DNA of 64,000 nucleotides from NCBI RefSeq assembly GCF_018977255.1, contig NW_024704742.1, positions 128,404,001-128,468,000 on the forward strand, in the 5' to 3' direction. A model generated the notes under the pieces. That model searched no databases, was not told the origin of the DNA, and saw only the letters and a list, made by a program, of their open reading frames with translations. A program made the position numbers and the translations under genes. Shown piece by piece: positions 1 through 13,306 of the stretch (its first letter is position 1; every line of letters begins with the position of its first letter). The stretch comes from Callorhinchus milii (taxonomy: Eukaryota).

Positions 1-56
1 TTTACAATCTCGCTGATGTGTTTCTGCTGTGCTGTATTGTGACACATGTAGCCAAA

Positions 57-291
57 GGCCTGAAATTACTCACTTTCTTAGTCTCAAGACTTAGTCTTAA
101 AATTTATGATGGTGCAAAATTTGGGAAAAAGAGTCTTAAATTTAGACACAGTTTGGAAGATGATATTCTGCAGTTCTTCTTCAGTGCTGAGAAAACCGAA
201 TTGAATTTAAGGTTGTTTTTCTAAAATCCTGCACAGTATTAAATTTTAAAGACAATGGTTTTAATCTTAGAGACTGTAAGGATTTCAGGCC
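57..291. mobile_element. Degraded palindromic MITE-like element
   Basis: 10-bp inverted termini GGCCTGAAAT / ATTTCAGGCC, plus further imperfect inverted similarity (AGTCTC-AAGA, GTCTT-AAAATTT). Confidence 0.45.
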
Positions 292-654
292 CTAGGTTGT
301 TCAACACTATACATTTATAAATAATGTAGTGAAAATCACAACTGTTCAAAGACAGTTTCCTTTTCATTCCTTTTCACAGTGAGTTCAATGACTGGGTCTT
401 TCCACTCCAAATGCTACTGCAGTGACTTAAGCCAATTAACTCCACATATTAATGCCGGAAGAATCAGAGAGAAAATAACATGAAATCTGGGCTATTCCAG
501 ACCTGCTTTTTAATAGGTTTAATTGTTTGTTTAATACTGTAGCCGCTGTGTGTGGGGGAAGGGTACTAACAGCTCCAGGGAGACTGCAGTTGAGTAACTG
601 CGTGGCATAAACAACACTCGGTATTTTCCATATGTTATGATGTACACGTTTTAA

Positions 655-1290
655 ACTTTACACCAGGCACAGAAGGAGGCCATTCAACCCATCGTGCCCT
701 TGCCAGCTCTTGAAAGAGCTAGCCAAGTTAATCCCGCTCTCCCCATAGCCTTGCGAATTTGTCCTCCGCAAATATCTGTCCACTTCTGTCTTGAAAGTTA
801 TTATCAAATCTGCTTCACCAACCTTTCAGGTAGTGCATTCCAGATCTTAACAACTCGCTGTGTAAAACAAATTCTCATCTCTCCTCTGGTTCTTTTGATA
901 ACTATCTTAAATCTGTGTCCTCTGGTTACCGACCCACCCGCCAGTGGAAACAGTTTCTCCCGGTTCACTCTATCAAATCCCCTCAGAATCTTGAACACCT
1001 CAATTAAATCTCCCCGTAACTTTCTCTGCTCCAAAAAGAACAAACCTAGCTTAACATAACATAACATAACATAACATAACATAACATAACATAACATAAC
1101 ATAACATAACATAACATAACATAACATGTAGAAGCAGGAGTAGGCCATTCGGCCCTTCGAGCCTGCCCCGCCATTCAATCATGGCTGATCTTCTAATCTA
1201 ACTCCAGCTAATAACCTGACCCTGCTTTATCCCCATATCCTTTAATCCCTTTTAGCTTCTCTAGTCTATCCACATAACTCAAGTCCCTCA
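655..1290 (-). mobile_element. CR1-clade LINE 3' fragment interrupted by a second CR1 tail
   Basis: The minus strand reads LGLFFLEQRKLRGDLIEVFKILRG...TRGHRFK...FTQRVVKIWNALP, the CR1 ORF2 C-terminus. Homology resumes after 1258. Confidence 0.88.
1053..1252 (-). mobile_element. Nested CR1 3' end with expanded (TATGT)n tail
   Basis: GGCTCGAAGGGCCGAATGGCCTACTCCTGCT tail motif on the minus strand; (ACATA)n at about 1053-1127; flanked by TAGCTT at 1047 and 1253. Confidence 0.8.
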
Positions 1291-1469
1291 TTCTTTGTGC
1301 TGTTTCCAATTCCAATGTTCCAAATGTATTTATTCCAACATCATTTGAACATCATTGCAATGTTCTTAATGTGTTTGTATAAGATAGACCAGAACAGATT
1401 TGGCTTTTCACTGTATTCATAAATGAGAGATTCTGTTTGTCTCTTTATTTTATCTATTTATATAATATA

Positions 1470-1799
1470 TAATAATAATAATATAATAATAATCCTTGCA
1501 TTTGATATAGCGCCTTTCACGTCTTCTTGATGTCTCAAAACACTTCACAGAATAGACTGTAAAGTGAATTGACCGTTTATTTGTGGGCGAAACGCGGCAG
1601 CCAATTGCGTACAGCAGTGTCCCACAAACAGTCATAGATTGAAAATGACCAATTTATTATTGTTTATTGTTTTGGAGGGATTATTATTAGGCGTGTGGAG
1701 TAAGGAAAGTTGCCCAAGGTTTCGCCCTGCCTGGAATTGAACCCAGGTGTCTCGCAAGCTTGCAAGGTGAGTGCTCTAACCATTGAGCTACAGGACTCC
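1470..1799 (-). mobile_element. tRNA-derived SINE, family A (internally deleted copy)
   Basis: Minus-strand head GGAGTCCTGTAGCTCAATGGTTAGAGCAC...GGGTTCAATTCC (pol III A and B boxes), then CCTTGGGCAA body and shared tail ...ATCAAATGCAAGGATTATTATT. Confidence 0.85.
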
Positions 1800-3756
1800 A
1801 CAATTTTCTATTTTCTCAAAACAAACATGCTCCAACAATGTATTTGGTCTCATTCCCTCCTCTCCCGATCTTTTGCTTTACTCCAAATATTTTAGAAGCA
1901 GAAACCATTACAGGGACTGGTTCAATTCTAAGGTTTTGCAAATTAATTATTTTTAATAATAATAATGCTAATAATAATCCTTGCATTTGATATATGATGC
2001 CTTTCTATTATGCCTTTCACATCGAGAAGACATCTGAAAGTGCTTCACAACATTTATTATGAAGTGTAGTAACTGTGTATTTTGTAGGTGAGCACGGCAG
2101 CCCATTTGCAAAAAGCAGTGTCAGCGCCTTGGGACATCCTTCCGATGTGAAAGACACTATATAAATGCAATTTGTTTTCAGAGTGTGGCTGTTGTTGTCC
2201 CACAAAATAGCCATGAATTAAATGACAAATTTTATCTTGGACACTTGGGGATGAACATTGGAAGAAAATCCCTTCTCATTCCGAATAGTGCCATTGGATC
2301 TTTGATCAGTGCCTTGGGATGTTCTCCTGATGTGAAATTAAATGTAATTTGTTGTTTGTTATTGTTGTTGTCACCCAGCAGACAGGACCTCGGTTTAACA
2401 ACTCATCTTCAGAAAAGATCCTCTAATCGACTAACAACCAGGTTCCTACTTACTACTACGTAAACAGAAGCTTGCCTAGTGTTTCGCCCCGCCTAGGAAT
2501 CAAACACTTCTCATTTGCGCTCTAACCAATATGCTACAGGACTCTGCAGGAGGGTCTTGACGCTGAACCAATTTCATCATTGATGGAAGCTTTTTACATT
2601 GAATATATTGGGAATTGAATCATTTTTAAGTGGTGGTGCTGAAACCCTTGGTTCCCCACCAATGTTAAAATCTAAAACTCCATATTTGTAACAGGGATAG
2701 GAAATAACAATTCAGAGTAGCTAAGATAATTTAAGATTGGCTTGGATGAAGAAGGTCCTGCAGCCCATCTGATCTCATTGTTCCAGAACACCACCCAACC
2801 ATTCTCCCATCAGAGCTGCTTTTTTAAAAATGAGTCTCATTGCCTTGGCCTCAACCACCTGGCAACCTGTAGTCTCTAACATTGATTCCTGCCTGTAACC
2901 AGAAATATGTCACACCGGCCTGTGACAGATCCACTGCAATCCGACCCACCTGCAGAGTGGAGACCTTTGAGATGCATTGCTGGCTCCCAGCAGAAATTGC
3001 TATTTGCGACTCAGTTATTATTCTATGACTCTGGTTACTCTCTGTCTCTTCACAAAAGTCACTGTTTACTGCCCTTGTGTGTATCAGGTAGACACTTTAC
3101 CAGTGTAAAGGAAAGCGTTGAGCACAGGGAGCTCTCTCACTGCTTTGAAACTAGTCTGTGAACAAATCACACTTAATTTTAAAATTCTCCTGCAATTTCT
3201 GGCACAAGGCTAGAATCATCTCTGCTGAGTTAAAATCTGACACCTTGTCAGGTCTGAGATGGCTGGGTACTTACAATTAGGCTGGAACCAGTGTACTGAG
3301 GTAAGACTCTTCATGCCATGGATCCAATGAGCTGTGGAGCACTGAGGTAAACCTCCTCAGCTGTTTACAAAGAGCCTCACTCCAGCCGCAAACATGTATT
3401 ATTTATACTATACAGTACCATGATAAAAAAAGGGATATTGTCTACATCAGCTAAAGACCTTTCTTTTCGACTGCGCCTTTGGTCACCTTCTTCCCCCTCC
3501 CCCTGGCTCGGCCCCGGGATTCGTTACTGTGAAGCGCTCTGAGGCGCCGTCCGGCGTGGAGGGCTCTATATAAATCCAAGTTGTTATATATAACTTGACT
3601 AAGAGCCTTCACTGCATATGCAACTGACATTTAGTGGCATTTCAAAAATAAGCAGAATTCAAGACAGGCTACAAAATGGTACAACAGTGAAGGATACACA
3701 GCAGAATATGCCAGATGTGCTGGGAACTTGCAGATGCTATTTCCAAAAGGAATAAG

Positions 3757-4195
3757 TTGGCCTAGTTCAGTAAGGAGCTCGCTTGCCTCCGAGTCAGATG
3801 GTTGCCGGTTCAAGCCCCAAATCTCATGCCGGGACTTTGAGCTCACAATCTAGGCTGACACTCCAATGTAGTGCTGGGAGTTGTCGGAGGTGCTGTCCTT
3901 CAGATGACATATTAAACAAAGGTCCTATCTGCCTCTCCAGGTGGACATTAATGATCCCATGGTACTATTTGAAAAGGGAGGAGGGAGTTTCTTCTGGTTT
4001 TCTAGCCAACAATCGGCCAAATGAAATTGGTCATTCACTTCATTGTTGCTTGTAGGATATTGCTGTACAAAAAATGGCTGATACATTCACCTGCAAATAC
4101 ACAGTCATTTCACAATAAAATTCTGTGAAGCACTCTGATATTTTTTGATGACGTGATAAGGAACCATATGAAATACAGGGATTATTTTTATTATA
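3757..4195 (+). mobile_element. tRNA-derived Deu-domain SINE, family B (near full length)
   Basis: tRNA-like head (GGTTCAAGCCC), CTAGGCTGACACTCC, then TGTCGGAGGTGC..CTTCAGATGA...CAGGTGGACATTAA..GATCCCATGG core recalled from Deu/AmnSINE1-type SINEs, and an L2-like tail. Confidence 0.75.
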
Positions 4196-6105
4196 ATATC
4201 CCTCGGTTGTTTACCAAGTACCTTGCAGCCTTTAAGATATTGATTCAGATTGAGACGGAGAGCTTGTCACTTGCACTGTGCCTGAAGAGGAAGCGAGCTG
4301 CCATGTTTGGGTTTCACATGTGCACCTGTTACCATAGTGACTGTAGGCTAAGATTGGATGTGTCATCTATTCTTGCAACAGTTTAAAAGGTTATGGCTGA
4401 GCATTGCAGCTAACCAGACTAACTGTCTGGGACTGTGCATCCAATTATCTTGCAGCTATGATTTAATATTGGTTTGGAGAATAACAGGCTTGAATCGTGA
4501 TTAGAAAAAAATCATGTCCTATGATGCTGGAAATTCAATAATTATTTGTTCTTTCGTTTGTCATGTTTTTGATACCAGTAGCTTTGTTTTGAGGTTCAAA
4601 AGTATTAGTGTTGTAAAAGTGCTTCTTTCTATTGTGAAAAAATTAGCTAGCTTAATACCAGGCTGCTCCATTCGCTCAGCTATCAGGTTTGTGTCCCCTG
4701 TTTACCGTGCCCCATCAGTGGGTGAGCCTTCAAGCAATTTGCATCCGATCTCTGGAACTCCACCTTGGAGTCTCTCCGCCTCATCCCCTCCCTCCCCACT
4801 TATAAAATTTGCCTCAAGACTTACACTTCTGACCAAGCTTTCCGCATCCTCCTCCCACCCTTCCCAGCTAGTAGTATAAAGCGCTTTCAGACATCCCCCC
4901 CCACACGTGAAAAGCGCTGTATAAATGTAAATTGTATTAATAAAACAATAAAGGTTCATTAAGACCTATTTCCTTTTGAACACCGTTCCCACACAGCTTC
5001 CGCTCAAGCGTTGGCTCACAGTCAGCTGAGCAAAGTAATTTGAGACATTCTCTACATGTGAAAGGCTCTGTAGAAATGAAAATTGTTGTGGTTGCATTAC
5101 AGATCAAGCTTCTAATTGAAAAAAGAATATTGAATGAGAATAGGGCACCTATAGTACCGGGCGGTAATAATCCCCTGAAAAATAATTTAGTCACTCAATC
5201 CACGACTGTTTGTGGGACACTGCTATGCACAATTAGCTGCCGCATTTCGCCCACAAAATGTACAGTTAATTCACTTTAGTATTCTATATTCTGTGAAGCA
5301 CTTTGAGACATCTGAAATGTGTGATCATGCGCTATATCAATTGCAATGATTCTTATTAATATTATTATTATTATAATGTTTATTATAGGACTGAGACTGT
5401 AATTCTTAATTACTGAGTACTAATACAGTACTCCCTGTAAAATGTAAGTCTACATCACTTCTGTATTGAACGCACCACCAACCCAAGGATTCTATTTCAT
5501 TCCAATCTTTTACTAGAAATAGAATGGTTCATCTTAATCCATTTAAAGAAGCTTTGGCTTGGAGGAAAAATTATGCTTCCTATCTTTTAGTGTTTGTCGA
5601 AAAAGCACAGTTATGGCTGGTCCAAGGAGAAAAATAAGCCATGTAAACTGGGGGTGTACAATGTAGCAGCATAGGAAGTTTAGCAGGAATTTTATTTTAC
5701 ACAAGGAGTCCTATTGCTTAATGGTTAGAGCACTCGCCTTGAAAGCAAGAGGTCCTGGATATGAATCCAGGGTACATAAGAGGCTGTCCACAGTTTCCAG
5801 TCCTTGGCTCAAAAGAAGGATGAGAAGGAGGAGGGGGAGGTGACCATAGGCACAGTCAAAGAAATATGGTCTTAAGGTAGGATTTTAACATAGATAAGGT
5901 GGGGGGGGGGAAGGTTTGTGAAGCAGAGGGATTGAGGCAGGGAGATCCAGAGGTTTTGGGGTGGATGAAGGCAAAGTCACAGATGGTGGCATGGAGGGGT
6001 CGGGGAATGAGCAGTAGGCCTGTATTAGCTGAGAGAATTGGGTAGGTAGAATAGTGGGGTATGAGGAGATCAGAGAGGTAAAGAGGTGCTAGAGCACGAA
6101 GGGAC

Positions 6106-6370
6106 TTGCTCCAAGACAGTAGAACAAGAGGGCATAGGCCTAGAGTTACAAAGGACAACTTCAAGACAGACACCAGGAAATATTTCTTTACCCACACGGT
6201 AATGAATGAGTGGAATAGGTTGTCAGGAAGGGTGGCTGAAGTCAGAACATTGGACTCATTTTATAAACGACTTGATGCTGTGGTGGGAAGAAGGTATGGT
6301 GGATATTCTGGAAGGATGAGATCAGTTGAGCCAAAGGGCCTTCCAGTTCTAATTCTCTTATGTTACCTGT
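6106..6370 (+). mobile_element. CR1 3' fragment
   Basis: RTRGH...RKYFFTHTVMNEWNRL motif and CR1-type tail. Confidence 0.75.
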
Positions 6371-7159
6371 TAGATCATATGTTGGTGACCGATACTTATA
6401 GGAGTAAAGTTCCTTCTCTTTTTCTTGTATAGGTCTGAATGTCTGATTCTTGGGCATTGTGAATAAGAGCCTTAATTTACCACCAGTGAAAAGTTAAGAT
6501 GCTATGAATTAAGAGTGTTAAGAGTTGAATGCTACACACGTAATGGACCAAAAATAATATCACATGCCATATTCCTTTCTGTCCCCACCCATCTTATCAC
6601 TAGAGAACTGTCCAAAGTAGTTTAAATTCTGAGTGAATACTCAGTTTTATTTTTAAAATTACTGTGCTGCATCTGAATGTTCCCCCAATGGAATAGATTT
6701 AGCGCAGATAAAATGTACAGCAATTTTGCTTTCAGTTACATAAGCTAAAAAAATCCCTGTATGATTGACAGTAGGAATTACAACGTAAATTTATGCTGTA
6801 TATATATCACTACATAACAGCTCCCTCTGTTGGATCCTGTGTGTATAAGATTGACAGAAATATGGATCATAGAAAACAGGGTAACTGACCATTTAATTCC
6901 AGATTATTAATTGTACATGTCTAGAGACATACTGTACAATGTGTACACTCTGAATGAGCCTGCATTCATGTGATGGTAATAAAAATTCTTGCATTTGATA
7001 TAATGCCTTATCATATTGTCGAGACATCTCATTGCACTTCACAGGATTTTAACTGTGAAGTGTGGTGACTCTATTTGCAGGTGAATGTGGCAGCCAATTT
7101 CCATACATCAATGTCCCACAAACAGCCATGAAGTGATTGTCCAACTTTTATCTGGAAGA

Positions 7160-7457
7160 TTTGTAGCAGCTTGCCAGACAGTGATATCAACGGCAAGCGA
7201 TACGGTTTTAGCTGGTTAGACTTCAGCAATACCCCTATGGACACTCTGTGGTCCTTAAGCCTTAACTCTTGCCAACCTGCACTTAATTCTTTCCGGAATT
7301 AGGTTAAGCGGGAAGTGTCCCTCCAGGGAGAGTGTGCACATTTCATTCCAACAATCTATCTCTGGGATTTTCATGCGTAGGTGGGATGCATGGAATTCTC
7401 ATTTTGGTTTGGATAGTATGGTGATGGGTTTCCACATATGTCAGACACCGGCTGACC
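7160..7457. repeat. Unclassified dispersed repeat, copy 1
   Basis: Reverse-complement similarity to about 49105-49410, e.g. GGTTTTAGCTGGTTAGACT, CCAACCTGCAC, ATTCCAACAATCTATCT. Confidence 0.7.
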
Positions 7458-8344
7458 AAAAAATAACAGGACACTGGGAAAAACCCTTCTTCCTTCAAAT
7501 AGTGCCTTGGGATCTTTAATATCCATCTGAACAGGCAGACAAGACCTTGGTTTAATGTCTCATCTGATGAACAGAAATCACTAAATGCCATCTTATATCT
7601 TACCTGTTTTTGGGTGCCTAATGTTATTCTAGTGGGAGCGAGGCTGTTTGATTTAAGAAGCTATAATGCTATTTGAGTAGTGCCCAGGGACAGGAATGGA
7701 GCTTAAATGTCTGTGTTTTATTGCACAATCAGAATGTTGGGATCCATTAATAGAAAAGTAGAAGACTACCTTATATCATCCAGTAACTGTTTGTCAATAT
7801 GTGCAGGTCACCTTCACTGATGAAGTCGCAGTGACAAGGTACTACTTTGCTGATGTACATCCATCTGCTCTCTGCTGAGGAATCTGAACCCAGGAAATCC
7901 AAAAATAAGCATTAATGACAAAGCACATAAATAGCCAAAATAAACTAGAACCACAACTGTGTAAGGAACAAGTAGGGAGACTGAAACACACTGACCTTCA
8001 GTTGCTACTGGGATATCAAAATAATAATAATATAACAATCCTTACCTTAGAGAAAGTACCTTTTACATCGGGAGGATATCTCAAAGCGTTTCACAGGCTA
8101 TATAGTGTGATATGAACTCTCATCTGAAGGATGAAACACTCCAATTGTTCGTATTTGAATCAAAGAATATACTTCTGTGTTTTAGGCATCACCAGGGGAG
8201 GTTACAGGGACAAAAGTTATCAGGTTAGTCTTCAATGCAAGGAGTGGTGCAGGAAGAATAGGAATCATCATTGCTATTGGCTAGGGTGGCCCCATTGGTT
8301 TATTTTATAGAGTTGCAGTTTATGGTTTGATAAAGGGAGATTAA

Positions 8345-8620
8345 ATTGGTCCCAGCCAGGGTTAGGGAGGAGTACACTGGACTAGGTGTCGGTTCCTGGG
8401 TCCATCTACTTGTCATGTATTTGTGTGGCAGCCAGGTGGGGAGATGTCAAGCTCAACTATGACACACCCTGTAATCAAATGGCCTACTGACATGCACTAC
8501 TAAGGCTCACACATGAACAGTGGTCAGCGCCTTGGGATGTCCTCCCGACGTGAAAGGCGCTTTACAAATGTAATTTGTTGTTGTTGGGTGGGGTACCAGA
8601 AGGAAATGTAAGCCAGGAGG
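8345..8620 (+). mobile_element. AmnSINE2-like relic containing an inserted L2 tail (about 8524-8587)
   Basis: AGGCTCACACATGAA..TGG...GGTACCAGAAGG matches my recollection of the AmnSINE2 body; not database-checked. Confidence 0.45.
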
Positions 8621-10139
8621 AAAACAGTAGTAGAGGAGTATATCACAGTGACATATCTCTTTGGACCATCTGATCTCATACTTCAAGAATGCCCATCCTT
8701 CCTTCCTCTCATCAGAGTATCAAACTAATTTTTAAATAAGTCCAGTGTCCTGGCCCCAAACACTCTTCCTGCCAACCTGTTGCAGTCATTTGTTAGTTAT
8801 ATTTATTCTCCACTGATTGTGTGTTTTGCAGTGTATCCTGTGTATCCCACTGGCCAGCCCCCTTCTGTCGCAGTGACTGAACTGAATGTAATGGCCTACT
8901 TCACTGCTTTCTGAAAATTAACAGAAACTGCCTTCGATAAATTGAGATTTTTGCTGCATCTATGTTAAATATTTACAGTCATGTTAAACCCTTGTTCGAA
9001 TCTGCTAACTAGTCTTATTAGTACATTAGTACCCCTCGCACAATGCTTTAACTCCCATTCTAAACACAATGGCAAGCCAGTGTTATTGTTGGCTTGCAAC
9101 TACTGTATTGACGGACAGGATATTTGCCCTTTAGAAATAGTCAGCGACAATTACTCTGTTTGAGAAATGTTCTCTAATGGAATTTGTTCTGAATTGTGAA
9201 ACAGCGTGGTAGAATGACCTTCTAAATATCTAGTTAAACGCTTTGGGGTGAATTATTTTGTTCAATCATGACACCATAAGCAGATTTGTTTTCATGAACT
9301 TTCAACTTTTCCATTCAATAAAGTTATTTAGTACGATTGCTTAATTCAAATGTAACAATATTCTGCAGGCTTTACACTTTATTTGTACACTATTTCCACA
9401 TTTTATTTTTATTACCAGAATGCGCTGTCTCAGACAATTTTGTACATAAGTGTGAGACTGCACTGCAAATATTAATTTGGCAATTTTGCAAATATTAATT
9501 TAGATGAGATTCAACTGAATACAATATTTTTGCAATAATCATAAAACTAATTTCACTTCCAAGTCATTAGCTCCAACTGACATCCCATTAAAAAGATCCA
9601 TATAATAGCCAACTCCATTTGCTTTTATTTAGAGATTATTCTTAACTGCTTGTGGACTGAATGCCTTTTGCCTCTTTGGAGAAATGCATAGGGTTTATAT
9701 AGTATTTAAAAGAATGTCTCTTCACTATAACCTCAGAATGACCATTACTAAACAGCTTTGTGATAACATGCACAAGGCATGTTAGGTTCAACATATCTGG
9801 ATGTACAGTGTTGTGAAGTTACTGCAATTAACTGCTTGTTGGCACACATAGTCTGTGTGAAATATCTTTTGTAACATGCTGCTTGCTATTGGGCTATTCT
9901 TTGACGTTTTCCTGACTGTAAAATTACACTGATAAATCAAATGATTGACTGCAGACTTCAAAAGAAAAATCAATTAATGCAAGCTTTTATAGAGCAGCGG
10001 AATGTTACCCTGTCAGTAACTGAGACTCCTACCAAATCTGCTATACCTGCATCTGGATGTGAGAAATGCACTTGCAGAACAAAGAGAGCCTAAACTTTAC
10101 CTAAATAGTTGTAATGCTTTGTTGTTTCTCTAAGAAGAT

Positions 10140-10940
10140 TTATTTTTCATTGGCAGGTGGGTTGGCAACCAGGTGTCATAGATTCAAGATAATTAGCAAA
10201 AGAACCAGAGGGGAGATGAGGAGAATTTTGTTTACCCAGAGAGTTGTTATGGTCTGGAATGCACTGCCTGAAAGGATGGTGGAAGCAGATTCAATAACAA
10301 CTTTCAAAAGGGAATTGGATAGGTACTTGTAAAGGAAAGATTTTCAAGGATACGGGGAAAGAGAGGGGGAGTGGGACTGATTGGGTAGTTCTTCCAAAGA
10401 GCCGGCACAGGCTGAATGGCCTCCATCTGTGCTGTAAAATTCTGTGATTCTCTGATTCTAAGAAAGCTCCAGCCACTACTAATTTAAAGCTAATTTAACG
10501 AAAGGGAAAGAAAGCAGTACAGTAATAGAAACATGGGATAGAAACTACGTAGCTAATTGATACAAAGTGCTGATGCAATTGTACAGCATTGGTATTGCAA
10601 TCTAGAATGTGGGTTGGGCTATTTCCACTGGTAGGGGAATCAATGACTTGAGGCTATAGATATAAGATAGTTACAAGAAGAGCAAATGCAGAGCTTAAAG
10701 AGAATTTTTTTTCGAGCAGAGTTGTTGGGATGTGGAGTGCTCTGTCAAATAAGTCGGTGGATAGAAAGTCCATTGCGGATTTCAAGAAGGAAACAGAAAG
10801 GTATTCGAAGAATAGAGGTTTGAAGGGGTATGAGGATGGGGCAGCCAGTGGAATTGAATGAAAACCTTGCTTTGAGAGTTAGTGCAGACTCGATGTGCTA
10901 ATTGGCTTCCGTCTGTGCTGTAAATTTGAATGATTCTATG
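10140..10940 (+). mobile_element. Two CR1 3' fragments (about 10140-10460 and 10615-10940)
   Basis: TRCHRFKI...FTQRVVMVWNALPERMVEADSITTFKRELDRYL; both fragments end in TGGC(C/T)TCC.TCTGTGCTGTAAA...ATTCT tails. Confidence 0.8.
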
Positions 10941-12999
10941 AATAACCCATGGGCTAACCATGTTCACATGCATGCAGATGCACTCAAATCGGTGATGAAT
11001 TAATGAAAATAATTACAAAATCACTTGTAATTCTTTTAATTTGTGCTTGATTCATCCCAGGGCCATTAGCCCAATCACACATTAGCTTGTTTTGAAATAT
11101 GCTCAGGGTTGATCTATCCCATTGTACTGTTGGGACCTTCCCATCAACTAAGATTTTGTCTTAGTTGATAGGTTAGAGGACACATCCATAACTTCGCCTC
11201 TCATAGATGAGTCAGGCAACCATCAAAAATGGCCTGGATTTTGAAAATGTAAAGCACATCTTTTCTGAAAGCTAGTTAAACAATGTCAAATCCTTCCTTT
11301 TCTCCAATGAGAATTTACATTGACTGAGTGTTCAGTTTATTGTGCATTAAAGCCCCACTAGTCTAGGCTGACACTCCAATGCTTGGAGTGTGCTCATTGC
11401 TCGAGGGGCCATCTTTCAGATGAGACATTAAACTAAGGCCTGTCTGCCTGTTCATATGGACTTTAAAGATCCTATCACACTCTTTAAAAAGATATGGAAG
11501 TTTCTCCTGGTGTCCTGGCCAACAATGTCAATAAAATTGATAAATTACTTTATGCCTGTTTGTGAGACATTGCCGTGTGCATGTTGGCTGTAGTGTTCGC
11601 CTACAAATACACAATTCGCGCAATTTACAATAAAATCCTGTGAAGTGCTTTGAGACATCTCAATGATGTGATAAGGTGCTATATCAATTGCAAGGATTAT
11701 AATCATTAGTAGTATAATTGTGACTTTCATTTTATGATTGCGGTCAGCATTTTGCTTTTGAGCCTTTTCTAAGCCAGATTTATTTACTCACTTTGGGACC
11801 ACAAGAGAAGTTTGGGTGAAGAAAGTGTTTTGACACATTTGATCTATGTTTCCAGATTACCCACCCAAATATCCATCCATTTTATAATTAAGCTGTTTCT
11901 AAAAAAAACCTGAATAAGCTTGGGAGGGATGTTTTTAATATGTAAAGATTATCCCTTCTAAGATGAAATCCAATATGATGGCATGCAGGCTTTTCAGATA
12001 GGTTTGGGTGCTACCTTTATTCAGAACAACAACAAATTACATGTATATAGTATTCTTCACGTCGGGAGAACACCCCAAGATGCTCAAATCAGAAGTCAGC
12101 AGTGGTGGACACTTTTTAATGAGACATATCAATAGGGGGTGGAATGTGGTTAGGGTTACTGCAATTTTGATCCCTATTTGCAAGCTCAATAATAACATTA
12201 CAAGGGCTCAAAGCTCAAATAAAGTATACACTGCAATTGGATATGAAATAGTCACAGCCATTCAGATGAGACATTAAGCCGAGGTCTTGTCTGCCTGTTA
12301 AAGAACCCATGGCACTTTCAAAACGAGAAGGGAATTTGTCCTGGTGTTCTGGCCTACAAACACCCAAATAAAATCTGTCATTCACTTCATGGGTGATTGT
12401 GGGACACTACTGCACCCACATTGGCTACTGAGTTCACCTACAGAAAGAACAGTCACTGCACTTTATTGTTATTATTATAATGTTGATCCCTATTTGATTT
12501 CTGAGAAGATACAATAACATGCAAATGATCAATAAATACATTACATGGGTTCAAAGCTCAGATAGAGTTTACACACGGCCGGCTTGGGTCTTCTGCATGA
12601 CCCTCAATCACTCTGCTCCACCATTGGCGGTCGTGCTTTCAGACACTAAGTCCCAAATTCCATGTCTTAATCCCTCTGCCTTGTCCCCTCTTTGCCTGTT
12701 TTCAGATCGCACCGGTAGACTTTTCTCTTCACCCATGCCTAGCTTCCCTTTCTCAGCATCAAACTATGCCATTGTTCGGCGCTCTGAGACTCTTACCAGC
12801 ATGAAGGGCACTATATGAATGCAAGTTGCTGCTGTACCTCGAGGTTGGGATGACTGATAGGCAAAGTCCTCCAGCCTTTCTAACTATATTCCTCCAAACT
12901 TCCACTCAATCTATAATGTGATGATTCCCTCCAAGGTGTTGATCTTTTTATTTCTAATTTGCATTCGCCTGCCTGTCTACCTCAAATTAAAGCCTCTAA

Positions 13000-13206
13000 C
13001 CTAGGAGTGTATATTGACCCTTATGTTGTAGCACAATGCAGGCTCTGTCTGGAGCTGCACAGCAGTCAATCAGCTGGTTGCTGGGAAACTCACTTTGGCA
13101 AACACACATGCTGTAGCTCCAGTGCCTGCCACTACAATGTGGTATGTAGCAGATCTCATCAGCATTTTACACTTCTTTTGTCCGTTTCGCTTTTGGTGAC
13201 TACATC
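13000..13206 (+). promoter_or_regulatory. Probable RIT2 5' UTR / proximal promoter region
   Basis: Repeat-free sequence directly upstream of the start codon, with no AG acceptor adjacent to the ATG; E-box CAGCTG at 13071. The TSS cannot be determined from sequence. Confidence 0.4.
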
Positions 13207-13306
13207 ATGATGGATGTTGAAAACGACTCGATCAGCAGCAGTCCTTCAGGAGCATCGAGAGAATATAAAGTTGTGATGCTCGGAGCTGGCGGAGTTGGGA
13301 AAAGCG
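13207..13306 (+). CDS. RIT2: RIT2 (Rin) small GTPase, coding exon 1: [33 protein letters not shown], includes G1/P-loop
   Basis: ATG at 13207 (second ATG at 13210). The GAGGVGKS P-loop is preceded by SREYKVVML as in Rit-family proteins. Donor G|GTAGGT follows 13306 (phase 1, 100 nt). Confidence 0.93.

Noticed and set aside
804..1178. ORF with MLCYV repeats
   Set aside because: Translation of the (TATGT)n microsatellite fused to CR1 remnants.
5704..5775. tRNA-like sequence (also at 1725-1799, 34525-34593, 55125-55195 and 55874-55945)
   Set aside because: These are SINE heads: diverged, without a proper acceptor stem, and mostly continuing into SINE body.
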